A stretch of DNA of 64,000 bases from the IMG/VR virus record IMGVR_UViG_3300020473_000020, positions 32,001-96,000 of that record; one strand, written 5' to 3'. This stretch comes from a virus. The notes below the pieces were generated by a model that was given only the letters and a program-made list of their open reading frames with translations, ran no database searches and was not told the DNA's origin. How positions within the stretch are numbered: the first letter of the stretch is position 1; each line of letters starts with the position of its first letter. Shown in pieces: positions 28,121-38,467 of the stretch. A program made the position numbers and the translations under genes.

Positions 28121-28738
28121 ATGTCAGATATGAATATTTTTATGATGGGCGGTTTTGCTGGCCATGACCGCAGCCCCCGTTATAGCACGACAGTGCATAC
28201 CGAGTTAAAGTCGACAACCTTTAGCTTTCTAGGATCAACGTACTGCGTACACTGTGGCGATCCTGCCAAGGCCATACAAGCAAACATCCAAACACTTAAT
28301 TGCTATAAAACCACTGGCCACCGATGTACGTGTGAGGGTGCGCTAGACGAAATGGCAGAGCGTCTTGCATACGAGCTAGGTAGCTTTTCACGGTGTAGTC
28401 TTATTGATAAGCCTGAAACGAAGAAGCCTAATACCTTTATGCTGAAAAAGCTGGTCGAGAAACGCGAAAGAGTTCGCCTTAGTGACTTTGAGCGCCCGAG
28501 TACTATTACAGAGGGCTGTGCTTCACGTCGATTTATCACGTCGCAGCGCACAGAAATCAAGTACAACCTCCACCATGAACGCTGCAAGGACTACCCATTT
28601 ACCAAGTTCATGCACCGTGTAAAAGAGCATTACGAAGCCTACCAGACGGCACTCGACAGCGCCATTGCATCACTGAAAGAGACAAGCGTTAATGAGTTCC
28701 AAAAAGTCTTTGACCCCGTTAAGGCGCGAGAACTGTGA
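28121..28738 (+). CDS. hypothetical Cys-containing protein
   Basis: CVHCG...CTC; start likely MSDMNIF. Confidence 0.5.
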   Translation: MSDMNIFMMGGFAGHDRSPRYSTTVHTELKSTTFSFLGSTYCVHCGDPAKAIQANIQTLNCYKTTGHRCTCEGALDEMAERLAYELGSFSRCSLIDKPETKKPNTFMLKKLVEKRERVRLSDFERPSTITEGCASRRFITSQRTEIKYNLHHERCKDYPFTKFMHRVKEHYEAYQTALDSAIASLKETSVNEFQKVFDPVKAREL

Positions 28739-29046
28739 CAATTGATTGGAAGGCATTCCCTGAGCACAAACCACCTGTTGGTAAGCTCATACTTGTTGAG
28801 ATTACCAAGACCCCTTTGCGCTTTACACAAGAATACACGGCACTTTGTGACGGGACAGACCGCACGGCAAGTGAGCTTAGGTTTCGTGAGCTGACAGCCA
28901 CGTTTTACCGTGAGAACCCCTTACAGTTGGCCAAGACATACAAGTCCTTCATGCACGATGTAAAAATCATGGTTAGGGCTAATCATGACAGCCGTCAGGG
29001 CTTCATCGTTTGTGATGAGGTCAGCCGCTGGGCTTTAGTCGAATAA
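28735..29046 (+). CDS. hypothetical protein
   Basis: GTGA coupling. Confidence 0.5.
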   Translation: MTIDWKAFPEHKPPVGKLILVEITKTPLRFTQEYTALCDGTDRTASELRFRELTATFYRENPLQLAKTYKSFMHDVKIMVRANHDSRQGFIVCDEVSRWALVE

Positions 29047-29084
29047 GCACGTCTATCACTTAATTAGGCACAAAAAAGCCAGCG

Positions 29085-29333
29085 CTATGCTGGCTTTTTC
29101 TTTCCATACCTCTTGTAGCTGGCAAGAAGCTGTCGTTGATTCATCGTGGATGGGACTATCTTATCTATGACACTATCGGCTAACCTTAGCCTTTCCTCTA
29201 ACTGCGTGATGTAGTCGGCCGCAGCTACGCATTCATCGTATGGGTCGCCATCACAACCTTCCTGCGCTGCGATGTCGCGGAGAACCTGTACTATCGGCGC
29301 GTTTCGACCTGTTAGTGGATGTTTTATTTGCAT
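29085..29333 (-). CDS. hypothetical protein
   Basis: start likely MQIKHP after GGAG. Confidence 0.5.
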   Translation of the reverse strand: MQIKHPLTGRNAPIVQVLRDIAAQEGCDGDPYDECVAAADYITQLEERLRLADSVIDKIVPSTMNQRQLLASYKRYGKKKPA

Positions 29334-29428
29334 GATAGGCTCCTGTTTCCATACAGACCTCACAGACCTTTCCGTCGCGAGTATTGTAGTACGGTGTGTT
29401 AAATAGCTGATTTTTGCATTCGGGACAC

Positions 29429-29842
29429 TTATACATCGTTTTGTTTACCAGACTTTTTAGTAATTAAGTCACTAAAAAAGTTCTCTATAGTGTCTTCGTA
29501 TAGTATGAAAAACAAGGTCTTATCAACCGACCGTTTTTCGTGAACCTTGAAATCATTGTACAAACTGATATGTTCGGCTCCCACCACACCGTGAGGGGCG
29601 CTATCGCCACACCACATACGCGCTCGGTAATCAAAAATAGCGTGGTCAACCTTTAGGCAGAAGTGTGGAAGGGAACCGTTACCAGTATCGAGCATCCCGA
29701 ATAGAACTTGGTGCTCAATACCTGCATAGGTTAGGGCACAGGTTGCTAAGTTAGCAAAGCCGTCACACTCCACGCGAGCGTTGTCTAACGCGGAGAGTAT
29801 GTCATACGCTTTTAAGCCATGGCCATCAAATAAAGAACTCAT
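29429..29842 (-). CDS. transglutaminase-like protein
   Basis: ECDG / PHFCL / IFDYR Cys-His-Asp pattern. Confidence 0.45.
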   Translation of the reverse strand: MSSLFDGHGLKAYDILSALDNARVECDGFANLATCALTYAGIEHQVLFGMLDTGNGSLPHFCLKVDHAIFDYRARMWCGDSAPHGVVGAEHISLYNDFKVHEKRSVDKTLFFILYEDTIENFFSDLITKKSGKQNDV

Positions 29843-30327
29843 TACTTATGCAACCATTCTTTAAGCTGCACAACGAGGTTGTCATGCTTTGTACGCGCCT
29901 CTTTGCTGCTGTAAGGTCGGTAACCGCCACTTTCCCATGAGCTATCAACAATCGAGTTTGATGTAAGCGAGCCTGTCTCTATGAGCTGTTTAGCCAGCAT
30001 ATAGAGGTTACTCGCATCGGGTGACCCGAACATGTCCTCTTCATCGTCGAACGCTGGGTCAAAGTCTGCATTCATTTCGGCATGGACTAGCAGAAAGTTA
30101 AGCACTTTGTTCGCAAGCAGATTTGGCTCCGCAGCTGACTGCCCGTTGTACATCGCCATAATGCCCGCTTTAACACTACCATACTCATTTGTAAGGTGCT
30201 CTTTTAAGGCATCCCACGCTTGAGGGTCATCACTTGCAGCTAGGTTAACTTTAATGATGGTTTTGCCACGGCCAGTCGACTCGTACTTACGTCTGGCTTT
30301 GGTTTGGCTATCTACATGATCGGTCAT
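29842..30327 (-). CDS. hypothetical protein
   Basis: start likely MTDHVDS. Confidence 0.5.
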   Translation of the reverse strand: MTDHVDSQTKARRKYESTGRGKTIIKVNLAASDDPQAWDALKEHLTNEYGSVKAGIMAMYNGQSAAEPNLLANKVLNFLLVHAEMNADFDPAFDDEEDMFGSPDASNLYMLAKQLIETGSLTSNSIVDSSWESGGYRPYSSKEARTKHDNLVVQLKEWLHK

Positions 30328-30395
30328 GATTGTCTCGTTTTCTTGTTCTAGTTCGCCTAGTGTATGTCGTGGTACACGATAAATCAAGCCCTTAT

Positions 30396-30875
30396 TTAGA
30401 CCTTACTCACTGTAGGGTAGTGCTTTTCGAGAAGCGTGCGTACAGCCTGCCAATCTGGGCATTGAACCGTCGCAAAGTGCAACAGGATGCCCTCAAACTT
30501 GTCTTGGCCATGTGAGTCACACTTATCATCAATTAAGACAGCGCCTTTCAGCTTTGACTTGTCATAACAAATGATTGTCTTCTTCGCCATTTCGCGGCCA
30601 AAGTGCTTGAGAACCCACACGATTTTTTCAGTGTAGCTAAGTGGGTTGTCGACTGATGGCGCAGTCAGAAACCATACATCAAACTTGCCTTGAGCTATGA
30701 TCTCCTTGATTGTTTCCACAGCATCACGTACTGGTTCTAGGTTGGCGTAAAAGCCATAGGCCGCGTGAGGATAGGCTTGCTCAGGGCACTCGCCAAGCGC
30801 ATGCTGCTTTGCCGCAGAGAAGGCGCAGGCCGTATCGTCCATGTCAATGTATAGGACTGGTTTTTCTTCACTCAT
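30396..30875 (-). CDS. HAD-family 5'(3')-deoxyribonucleotidase
   Basis: YIDMDD, LTAPS, EK-x-x-WV, LIDD. Confidence 0.85.
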   Translation of the reverse strand: MSEEKPVLYIDMDDTACAFSAAKQHALGECPEQAYPHAAYGFYANLEPVRDAVETIKEIIAQGKFDVWFLTAPSVDNPLSYTEKIVWVLKHFGREMAKKTIICYDKSKLKGAVLIDDKCDSHGQDKFEGILLHFATVQCPDWQAVRTLLEKHYPTVSKV

Positions 30876-30880
30876 ATCAA

Positions 30881-31138
30881 TCATTCCGTTGGGTTCCAAA
30901 TATAGAGAGTTCGCTTTTTGCTAGCCTTAAACTCTGTATAGCCGTCAGGTATTGCACCTTGTCTGCCAGCCTGTCTGGCTTTCGAGGTTGATGGGTACGC
31001 ACCGACTTCAACCATTAAGTTCGGTAAGTCTTGGGCGTCACAGTACAGCACTTCTTCACCTTCGAAAAGTGTAGGGATGTCCGACTCTAACCAAGGTGCA
31101 TGGCTGATCACAATGTTGTTAATCTGTTCTTTTTTCAT
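30881..31138 (-). CDS. stand-alone S4-like RNA-binding protein
   Basis: LPNLMVEVGAYPSTSKARQAGRQG resembles the TyrRS C-terminal S4 motif. Confidence 0.4.
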   Translation of the reverse strand: MKKEQINNIVISHAPWLESDIPTLFEGEEVLYCDAQDLPNLMVEVGAYPSTSKARQAGRQGAIPDGYTEFKASKKRTLYIWNPTE

Positions 31139-31350
31139 TACATCGTTACCGCTGGCAATAAGCCGTAGTGGCGGGCAAGTGCTGCTACGTCTTCTTTGCT
31201 TAAATTAATCGTGGCCTCGTCGCCGTCTTCGTTATCAGGCTCAGGACGGTACAAGCTTAGCTCGTCACCTTCCTGCGGGCTTAGGGTATTCAGTTCCCAC
31301 TGCGCGTCGCTAAACTCGTGATGGACGATGTCAGATACTTCTCTGGCCAT
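31138..31350 (-). CDS. hypothetical protein
   Basis: TAATG coupling. Confidence 0.5.
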   Translation of the reverse strand: MAREVSDIVHHEFSDAQWELNTLSPQEGDELSLYRPEPDNEDGDEATINLSKEDVAALARHYGLLPAVTM

Positions 31351-31355
31351 AATCG

Positions 31356-32030
31356 TTACTTGTACTGTTGTCGACGTGCCGCATTGGCTGCGTCGCGGTT
31401 TCGGCGATACTTGTGGGCACGCTTGCTGACTTGCTTAGCTTCTTGCGTTTTGCCTTCTTTCACGTGACCTGCCTTGCCTTTGACACGCTTTTGAAGCGTC
31501 GCAAATACGACCATGTGGAGAAGCCCTGATTTGATGTATGACGGGAACTCTCGGTCGAAGAGTACAGGGGCTTTATCAAGCCAGTTTAGCATCGTACTCA
31601 TCGTAAACACGACTTTCATGTCTTTAAGAGCTGCCCCTATAAGGTTCGCTGCAATTGTGTAGAATTTCAAGCGCTCAGCAATAGTCAGCTCGTGCTTCCC
31701 CGTGGCCTCATCAAGGAACTTGTCAAACTCTTTAGCTTTGGCCACTGCCAGCTTTGCAGTATTATCCTGCGAAGCCAGTAGAATTTGGAAAGGTTTAACG
31801 CGCTGCCGAGTCTCGGTGTACATGTAGTCTGCCATAGCTGTGTACAACGACTCTGCCTGACTATGCTGACCACCTGTGTCGACCTTAGTAACTTTATCAC
31901 TTACGACAAATTTACCGCCTGTCATACTGGCCACGAGCTTACCGACGGCTTCAAGCTCAGCGCTACTTAGGGATGCAAGTTCGGCCTTGAGTGCCTGCGG
32001 TATTGTGACCTTTTTAGTCTTAGCAGTCAT
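31356..32030 (-). CDS. hypothetical protein with basic C-terminus
   Basis: 224 aa ORF. Confidence 0.6.
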   Translation of the reverse strand: MTAKTKKVTIPQALKAELASLSSAELEAVGKLVASMTGGKFVVSDKVTKVDTGGQHSQAESLYTAMADYMYTETRQRVKPFQILLASQDNTAKLAVAKAKEFDKFLDEATGKHELTIAERLKFYTIAANLIGAALKDMKVVFTMSTMLNWLDKAPVLFDREFPSYIKSGLLHMVVFATLQKRVKGKAGHVKEGKTQEAKQVSKRAHKYRRNRDAANAARRQQYK

Positions 32031-32287
32031 CTGGTTTAGACCTTACTGTCGAGCTGTTTAGCATTGTCGAGGATCTTTTTTAAATCGGCCTCAATCTCAG
32101 GCTTTAGCTCGTGGTTTTGGAAATCTTTCATAGAAAGCCTTATAAGGTTACGCGTTGCCAAGTATCTCTTGTACAACGGTATAGTCTCAATTGACCTCCA
32201 TGTTACTTGATATTTTCTACTAAATAAAGACGAAAGTGCCTGCACGCTAGTAAACTAGGGCAGGCACTTTTAGCTGTTGGGATGCTT

Positions 32288-32986
32288 CTACGCCTTTTTT
32301 GTTAGGGCACGGAAAACATAAGGGAACTGGTTCTTATCGTCGGCAGGGTAGGTGCCACGCTCCATCAACTCTACATAATCACTCGGTACGTCAAAGCGCG
32401 CCCAGCCTGTTTCTGCTGAGGCTTCGGCAATTGTCGTTTGTACAACCGTATGCCAAATTCGCTGTACGTCTAACTCGACTAAGGCTTGTTTGTAAATCGA
32501 GTCACCGCCGATGATAAATAGCTTTTTACTCTCGTCGATGTAGTCAGGTAAACGGCGCTCAAGTTCTGCGAAGCTGGCCACAATGAGTGGCTGATGCGCA
32601 CCATTGAGGCGCTTTTCGTCCTCTTCAAGCCATGCTGAAAGATTTATAGGGTCTTTCGTCATAATGACATTCAAGCGGTTAGGTAATAATCGTCCGATGC
32701 TATCTAGCGTCTTACGCCCCATGATGACTACGTTATCCGTTGTCAGCGCCTTAAAGTTTTTAAGGTCTGCACTTTGCCTGAATGGTAGATTACCATTTGG
32801 CGTACCTATCCACCCGTCAAGCGTAGAGCCTACAATCAGATCAAACTGTAGTCGGTTACCATCGTTGCCTTCTACCGTCGGCGGCAGGTAATCATCGTCG
32901 TGGCCTTCTGGAAATTCACCATCGTTTTCTACGTCAACTAATGGCTCTTCTTGTTCAAAGTTTTCTATTTGAGTCTCATCACTCAT
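32288..32986 (-). CDS. folA: dihydrofolate reductase with acidic N-terminal extension
   Basis: IG...LPF...DLKNFKALT, VIMGRKT, LPNRLNVIMT, FIIGG. Confidence 0.92.
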   Translation of the reverse strand: MSDETQIENFEQEEPLVDVENDGEFPEGHDDDYLPPTVEGNDGNRLQFDLIVGSTLDGWIGTPNGNLPFRQSADLKNFKALTTDNVVIMGRKTLDSIGRLLPNRLNVIMTKDPINLSAWLEEDEKRLNGAHQPLIVASFAELERRLPDYIDESKKLFIIGGDSIYKQALVELDVQRIWHTVVQTTIAEASAETGWARFDVPSDYVELMERGTYPADDKNQFPYVFRALTKKA

Positions 32987-33006
32987 TTGGTACCTCAGCG
33001 TTTCAA

Positions 33007-33312
33007 TTATTGGTTATTAAGTTGCTTTTTAAGGGCTTCGTTATCAAGCTTCGCGTTGTGCAATGCGGCCTTCGTTTCTTCTAACTCTAAAAGCACAGGG
33101 ACTCGGCGCTGTATATCTAGCAGTGCTCGGTCGCAAAGACCCGCGACTTCTTGATTATCCGTTGCTACGCGGATCCGATGAAACTCATCCGCCTGTAAGT
33201 CAAGCTGGTCAAGTAACTGGTCAATGGTGCCCCACGCGGTGGCTAGCTGTGGATTTTCAGCTAGGGCAGCACTATCGGGGCGGTCTATTGTAATACTTGG
33301 TTTTACGTGCAT
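33007..33312 (-). CDS. hypothetical coiled-coil protein
   Basis: GGAG RBS before MHVKPS. Confidence 0.55.
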   Translation of the reverse strand: MHVKPSITIDRPDSAALAENPQLATAWGTIDQLLDQLDLQADEFHRIRVATDNQEVAGLCDRALLDIQRRVPVLLELEETKAALHNAKLDNEALKKQLNNQ

Positions 33313-33326
33313 TATCGTCTCCTTGG

Positions 33327-33644
33327 TTAAAAAGTTTGCAGCGTACCACAGCATGTGCACAGGCACCCGTCAGAGCTAACCATGAAGAACTCATTACTAC
33401 ATGCTGCGCATTCCCAGTAGTTATCAGGCGCAGTTAGTAGACTCATTATACCTTTATGCAGGCCACACTCTGGACACGTAAAGGTGGTCTCACCTACCTC
33501 TGAGACACACTGCCAGCTATGGCGGCATGCCAAACAAGTAGCCTTGCCTTCTAGGTACTTGTATTTATCGGCATCCGACGGTTTGTCGTCAACCTCTTTA
33601 TTACGGCGCTTGAACGCGTCGAATTGTACAACTTTATCGTCCAT
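33327..33644 (-). CDS. zinc-ribbon protein
   Basis: CLAC, CPECG, CAAC, CTCCG. Confidence 0.6.
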   Translation of the reverse strand: MDDKVVQFDAFKRRNKEVDDKPSDADKYKYLEGKATCLACRHSWQCVSEVGETTFTCPECGLHKGIMSLLTAPDNYWECAACSNEFFMVSSDGCLCTCCGTLQTF

Positions 33645-33746
33645 ATAACGCCCTTTGGGTCACACCCAGTTCAATTACATGGCTTTCGCCAATTTCTCAT
33701 AGTCTCACGGTGCATTATATGCCCAATCGAAGCACTGTCAAACCTA

Positions 33747-34334
33747 CTATGACTCAATTGTAATGCGTATATCGTCAGGGCTTACGCCTAGCGTTAGCGC
33801 TAAACGGCGCTTAGCTTCTGGGATCGTTAGCGGGGTTTCATCTGCCGTAGGCTGAGTAGTTTCTGTGCTGTCCCCAGTCTCACGCTCTTCTTGGTTTAAG
33901 TCCTCATCGTCGACTTTTAGCTCCATAGTTGGGGCAGGCATCGCTTTCCAAGCAAGTGCATCAAGGTCAAAGTGATTGCTTAACTCATCAGTCTGTGTGT
34001 AGCGTACAGGGTTACGGTTCGCTGTAAGGAATGATTTCAGGTCGATCTCTGCGTACTCGCTAAACTGTATAGAATATCGCTGAGCATGGTTTGCGTGGCG
34101 CTTAGGCAGCTTAATGACATCCTTTATTTTGCCAATAACAAACATGTGCTTGTGAGGTGCTGAGACGCCGCCCCAGTCATTACCTTCATTAGCAAAGCTT
34201 CTGTTCTGAATTACGACAGCGTAATCCGCACGCTTTGCACGCCTTGGGTCGAGAACCCATGCTTGGGTACCCCCTTCTTTAATGATGCGTTCGATACCTC
34301 GGGCACTAAATACTGATACAAACTCGTTAGTCAT
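33747..34334 (-). CDS. conserved hypothetical protein (moron-like)
   Basis: GGTQAWVLD N-terminal domain and LTIPEAKRRLA...IRITIE C-terminal motif; own upstream region. Confidence 0.6.
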   Translation of the reverse strand: MTNEFVSVFSARGIERIIKEGGTQAWVLDPRRAKRADYAVVIQNRSFANEGNDWGGVSAPHKHMFVIGKIKDVIKLPKRHANHAQRYSIQFSEYAEIDLKSFLTANRNPVRYTQTDELSNHFDLDALAWKAMPAPTMELKVDDEDLNQEERETGDSTETTQPTADETPLTIPEAKRRLALTLGVSPDDIRITIES

Positions 34335-34512
34335 AACTTACCCCTATGCAGGCGATTACGTTTAATTAGCTGCGAGCATAGTAGATACTTTCTCTTGGCT
34401 TTTCAAGCCAAAGTATCGTAAAAGTATTTAAAAAGCCTAGAGCACTAAATTAAGCCTTTGTTTTTAGTGGTGAATTATTTTGAAAAGTATTTTAGAGGTC
34501 TCTGGATTTGCA

Positions 34513-34543
34513 TAAAAAAAAGGGGTGCATCGCTGCGCCCCTT
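34513..34543 (-). terminator. terminator ending the AAA/VWA operon
   Basis: GGGGCGCAGCGATGCACCCC hairpin followed by a long T-run on the minus strand. Confidence 0.75.
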
Positions 34544-34562
34544 GGTTTCTGTAACTAAATAG

Positions 34563-37500
34563 TTAGCGTGGGTCTTTGAGCTTTACCATGGCTGCCGTGC
34601 CATCGTTCTCAACAACCATGCCCTCAAAGTTGATCTTCGACTTCCACTTCTTAGCATTATTGTCATGGAACTGGTACAAGTATTCCACGGTACGCGCGCC
34701 TTGTGTAAGCCAGCACATGTTCAGCCAAGGTAGCTTGCCGCCCTTGACGTTCATGGCCTTCACTAAGCGCGCAGGTACGATACTCTTAGGCGAACCATCA
34801 CCGTCAATGCTCGTACCACCTCGGTATCTATCATCAAAGATGTCAAAGTCAGAGATAACCATTACGCCGCCAATTACGAGCTGAGTCGGGTCACCCTTAT
34901 ACTTTGTCTTATCAAACTTGGCGGTACCTTCAAACAGTTGAACTAGGTACTCATACGCTGGTGAAATAAACGACCCCGAAGATTTCAAATACTTCGGCAT
35001 GGCTTTATCAAGCTCTTTAACCGTATAGATACCTGAACCATACTCCCGACCGTCAAAGTTGATAGGAACTACGTACTTAACACCCATCTTCTTATCAAGC
35101 TCGAACACTGTTGCAGCTATCGCTTTTGAAATAAGTCTTGCTGACGATGCTAAGGAACCCGAGGCATCAATGATAACCACAAGTGCCTTATCACCCGAGC
35201 CACGTCGAACAGGCATGTCGTCGTCCGCGCCCCAAGCGCCCTTAATTCGACGGCTAAGCTTAGAAGCGTTGTGACCTACTTCTGTATCGATCTTAAAGCC
35301 TTTGACCTTACGCGCCCACTTACGAATAAGCGATACCAAGCCCATAGTTTGTCGATCTGCACGTTGGCCGCCTCCAAACTGGTAGGCATCACTGCCTTTA
35401 CCTGCGTTTTGAAGTTGGTCTCGTACGTTGTCTAGGTCAAGCTCACCATCGTTCTTCTCACGCTCGTTACGGTTGTCCTCCATAGTTTCGCCAGCTTCAC
35501 GAAGCATGTCGTTCATCTTATCGAGGTTATCCTTTAAGCGCTGCTGAGCTTCTTTACGCTTAGCACGCTCTTCGTCTGTATCAGGATCGCGGTCAAACAT
35601 ATCAGACGTATCTGGCTGCTCATCGTCGCCATCAGCATCGCTGCCGTCTGCGTCCGAATCTGCATCAGAGTCTGAGTTAGCGTCGGTGTTGTCAGTGTCG
35701 TTACCATCACCCGAGGTCGAGTCACCGCTCATATCGCTATCGTCATCAGCGTCGTCACCCTCTGGTTGACCACCTTGAGTTGTGTCAGGTCTATCGACGG
35801 CGTCATCAGACTCATCATTTGAGCCGATAGTACTGCTATTCATGTCGTTCGCCAGCGAGTCTAAGTAGTCATCCCAGTCAGATTCAGAGTCTTGCTCTTC
35901 TGAGTCGGCATCACCGCCACCGCTTTGCTGGTCGTCGCTGTCTGCGTCGGCATCGTCCCCTGATTGGTCACTTCCACCGCCACTCTGGTTTGAGTCTGCA
36001 TCAGGTGAATCACCATCGCTATCAGCTGCATCGTCTTGGTTGCTTGTTGCATCCGAGTCAGTACCTGACTGGTCTTGGTCGCCATCGGTATTATCACCAG
36101 CCGCATCATTACCATCTTGGTCGTTATCGACATCGTCACCCGTTGTGCTGTCCCCGTCTTGGTCGTCACTAGGGTCTAAATCGTCGTCGGTACCATCACC
36201 CGCTGTGCCGTCACCACTTTGGTCGGCCGAAGCGTCTTGGTCGTCTTCGTCGTCAGGGTCTTCGTCGTTAGCATCACCGCCACCTGCCGCATCATTATCG
36301 TCATCTTCGTCGTCGGTACCATCATCTTGAGAGGCACCACCGCCAGCTGAGCCATCATCTTGAGGTGGCATATCAGGCTCATTGTTGACTTCAATATCTG
36401 GTTGCGGCTCAGGGTCTTCATCTGACCCATTATCTTGCTGCTGATTAGGGTCGACTTGAACCTCATCGCGTACATCAAGATAAACAGGGCGAAGGTCTTT
36501 CGCGCGCTTAACTTCTAGCTCGTCTTCTTTGATCAGGTTATCAGCTGTAGTCGCAAGTAAGACCTCATCGAAGACATTATCATTGAGGCGTACAGGTGCA
36601 TTTGGTGAACCACCGACATTCGCCAATGCGGTTGCTTTAGCGATTTCTTCGTCATTTAAAACGCCACTGTCCTTATTACCTTGAACAGCGCTCATGATCT
36701 TACCCGATAACGTGCCATTCAAGCGTGTTACTGGGTACGTTAGTAACTGCTGAGCACCTTGCTCGTCATTTGGCAGCACACCGATTACGACTTGGTAGAT
36801 GCCAGTTACTTTATCGAGAACCACATCGCCACGTTCCATTTCTGGCGTGTAAATTTCTGGCTCTTTTTGTGTATCTTCTGGGGCTGCTTGGTCACCTGCG
36901 TCACCTGCGTCGTTGTCTTTTTCAACCTCTGTCACAGTCACATCAGGCTTACGTGCATCGCCGTAAGTTGGCTTCTTCTTAACTAGCTCGTCGTCAGTTA
37001 GTGTTGCGCTAAACGCACGACGTACCATTAATTCTAAATCCCAGAAAGAGGGGAGTGGTAGTGTACCGTCTGCGAAGAAGGTATATTCCTCTGGCATGGT
37101 TTCGAGCCTTCCGATATTAACATCATCAGCTCGGTTAACAACAAAGATAACTGGGAACCAAACGTCATAAGACATTTTGTCTTGTGCTGAGCTAAGCTCG
37201 TCAAGTAGTGCCTCGCGGTAGTCAGGCGAATTTCCGCTATCTTTAAGGCGGTTCTGAACGTCGCTTACTTTAGCTGCGTCAAGATTGCCCTTGCCGAATA
37301 CAATTTGGTCACCAATATACCAACGGCCACATGTAATACGGTTAAACGTTGCACCCGTACTAGTATTGCCTCGGGCATCCATTGTACGGAACTCAGGGAC
37401 TGTATAACCGCCATTGGTCGCAGGCATATCGAACATCGCCGACATAAAGCGGTTATTCATTAGCTCTTCAATCGGTACCGTGTTACTCATCACGCGTTGA

Positions 37501-38399
37501 AGTGCTTTACTGTTGGTCTTGTTTACCACAGGTGGTAACTGCATGTCCTTCAAGCCTTGGTTTACATCAGCATTGAAGTGATCATAAATAACGTGCAGAA
37601 GTTCGTGGCCAATCATATAACCGAGTGACGCCATCGCACCACCATAGTTTTCCATACCGCTTAGACCGACTTTTGCAGCAACCATGTCTTGTACAATAGC
37701 TTTTGCAATAAAGGCAGGGTTATAGCGTAGGATCCGCTTAGTCGTCGTGACTTTCTGTACGTAAAGCGTCGAGCCTTTTTCACGAGTTTCTTCTACGGCA
37801 CCAAGCTCTTGATACATCTTTGAGAACGTTGGCATGTTCGACATGCTCGCAACAAAGCGCGCCATCAATTGAATATCTGACGGTTTTAAGCTTAGCTCGG
37901 GAACGTCAGCCATAATGTGCTGGTGGTCGTCCCAAATACGGTTTTTAACCGTTAAGGCGCTTGATTTAGCTGATACAACTTGGCGACCACTCGTGAAAAC
38001 CTCTTCGACAGGCATCGTTGTTGCGTGACCTGCGGCTGAGAAGCTTTTATCTTTTAGTGCATCTTGTAAGAGGGCACTTAAATCATCACGCTGTGCTAGG
38101 GTGTTTTGGATCACACTCTGAGGTGCATCAAGAAGTGGGACGCCGCCCATATTCTTTACCATGCGATCCATGTCTGAGTAGCGCACACCTTGGCGGCTTG
38201 CTAGAGCAACACCATTGTACACTTCTACGTTGTTTGTTTCTGAGTTTACTCGTGCCAAGAAGCCAAAGGTTTGACCTTGGTCTTGGATATTACCTGCGGC
38301 GCGTGTCAACACAGAGGTATAGTCAGAAATATCGGCAGTAACTTTCTGGTTAATGATCTCTTTTACTGCTGATTCAAACTCTAATAATGACAGTCCCAT
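34563..38399 (-). CDS. metallopeptidase (HExxH) / acidic linker / VWA-MIDAS protein
   Basis: LRYNPAF...GHELLHVIYDH; about 300 aa D/S/G-rich linker; VVIIDASGS MIDAS, FD and ISD motifs. Confidence 0.8.
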   Translation of the reverse strand: MGLSLLEFESAVKEIINQKVTADISDYTSVLTRAAGNIQDQGQTFGFLARVNSETNNVEVYNGVALASRQGVRYSDMDRMVKNMGGVPLLDAPQSVIQNTLAQRDDLSALLQDALKDKSFSAAGHATTMPVEEVFTSGRQVVSAKSSALTVKNRIWDDHQHIMADVPELSLKPSDIQLMARFVASMSNMPTFSKMYQELGAVEETREKGSTLYVQKVTTTKRILRYNPAFIAKAIVQDMVAAKVGLSGMENYGGAMASLGYMIGHELLHVIYDHFNADVNQGLKDMQLPPVVNKTNSKALQRVMSNTVPIEELMNNRFMSAMFDMPATNGGYTVPEFRTMDARGNTSTGATFNRITCGRWYIGDQIVFGKGNLDAAKVSDVQNRLKDSGNSPDYREALLDELSSAQDKMSYDVWFPVIFVVNRADDVNIGRLETMPEEYTFFADGTLPLPSFWDLELMVRRAFSATLTDDELVKKKPTYGDARKPDVTVTEVEKDNDAGDAGDQAAPEDTQKEPEIYTPEMERGDVVLDKVTGIYQVVIGVLPNDEQGAQQLLTYPVTRLNGTLSGKIMSAVQGNKDSGVLNDEEIAKATALANVGGSPNAPVRLNDNVFDEVLLATTADNLIKEDELEVKRAKDLRPVYLDVRDEVQVDPNQQQDNGSDEDPEPQPDIEVNNEPDMPPQDDGSAGGGASQDDGTDDEDDDNDAAGGGDANDEDPDDEDDQDASADQSGDGTAGDGTDDDLDPSDDQDGDSTTGDDVDNDQDGNDAAGDNTDGDQDQSGTDSDATSNQDDAADSDGDSPDADSNQSGGGSDQSGDDADADSDDQQSGGGDADSEEQDSESDWDDYLDSLANDMNSSTIGSNDESDDAVDRPDTTQGGQPEGDDADDDSDMSGDSTSGDGNDTDNTDANSDSDADSDADGSDADGDDEQPDTSDMFDRDPDTDEERAKRKEAQQRLKDNLDKMNDMLREAGETMEDNRNEREKNDGELDLDNVRDQLQNAGKGSDAYQFGGGQRADRQTMGLVSLIRKWARKVKGFKIDTEVGHNASKLSRRIKGAWGADDDMPVRRGSGDKALVVIIDASGSLASSARLISKAIAATVFELDKKMGVKYVVPINFDGREYGSGIYTVKELDKAMPKYLKSSGSFISPAYEYLVQLFEGTAKFDKTKYKGDPTQLVIGGVMVISDFDIFDDRYRGGTSIDGDGSPKSIVPARLVKAMNVKGGKLPWLNMCWLTQGARTVEYLYQFHDNNAKKWKSKINFEGMVVENDGTAAMVKLKDPR

Positions 38400-38467
38400 A
38401 TAGGCTGTCCTCCATTTCTCTCAAGTCTCGATTTAGGGGAGTCCTAAGTGACTCCCCCTCGTGCAGT

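Noticed and set aside
35534-36478. Overlapping ORFs or a DNA tandem repeat in the acidic linker
   Set aside because: Explained by Asp/Gly/Ser codon bias in the VWA protein; no exact periodic unit seen
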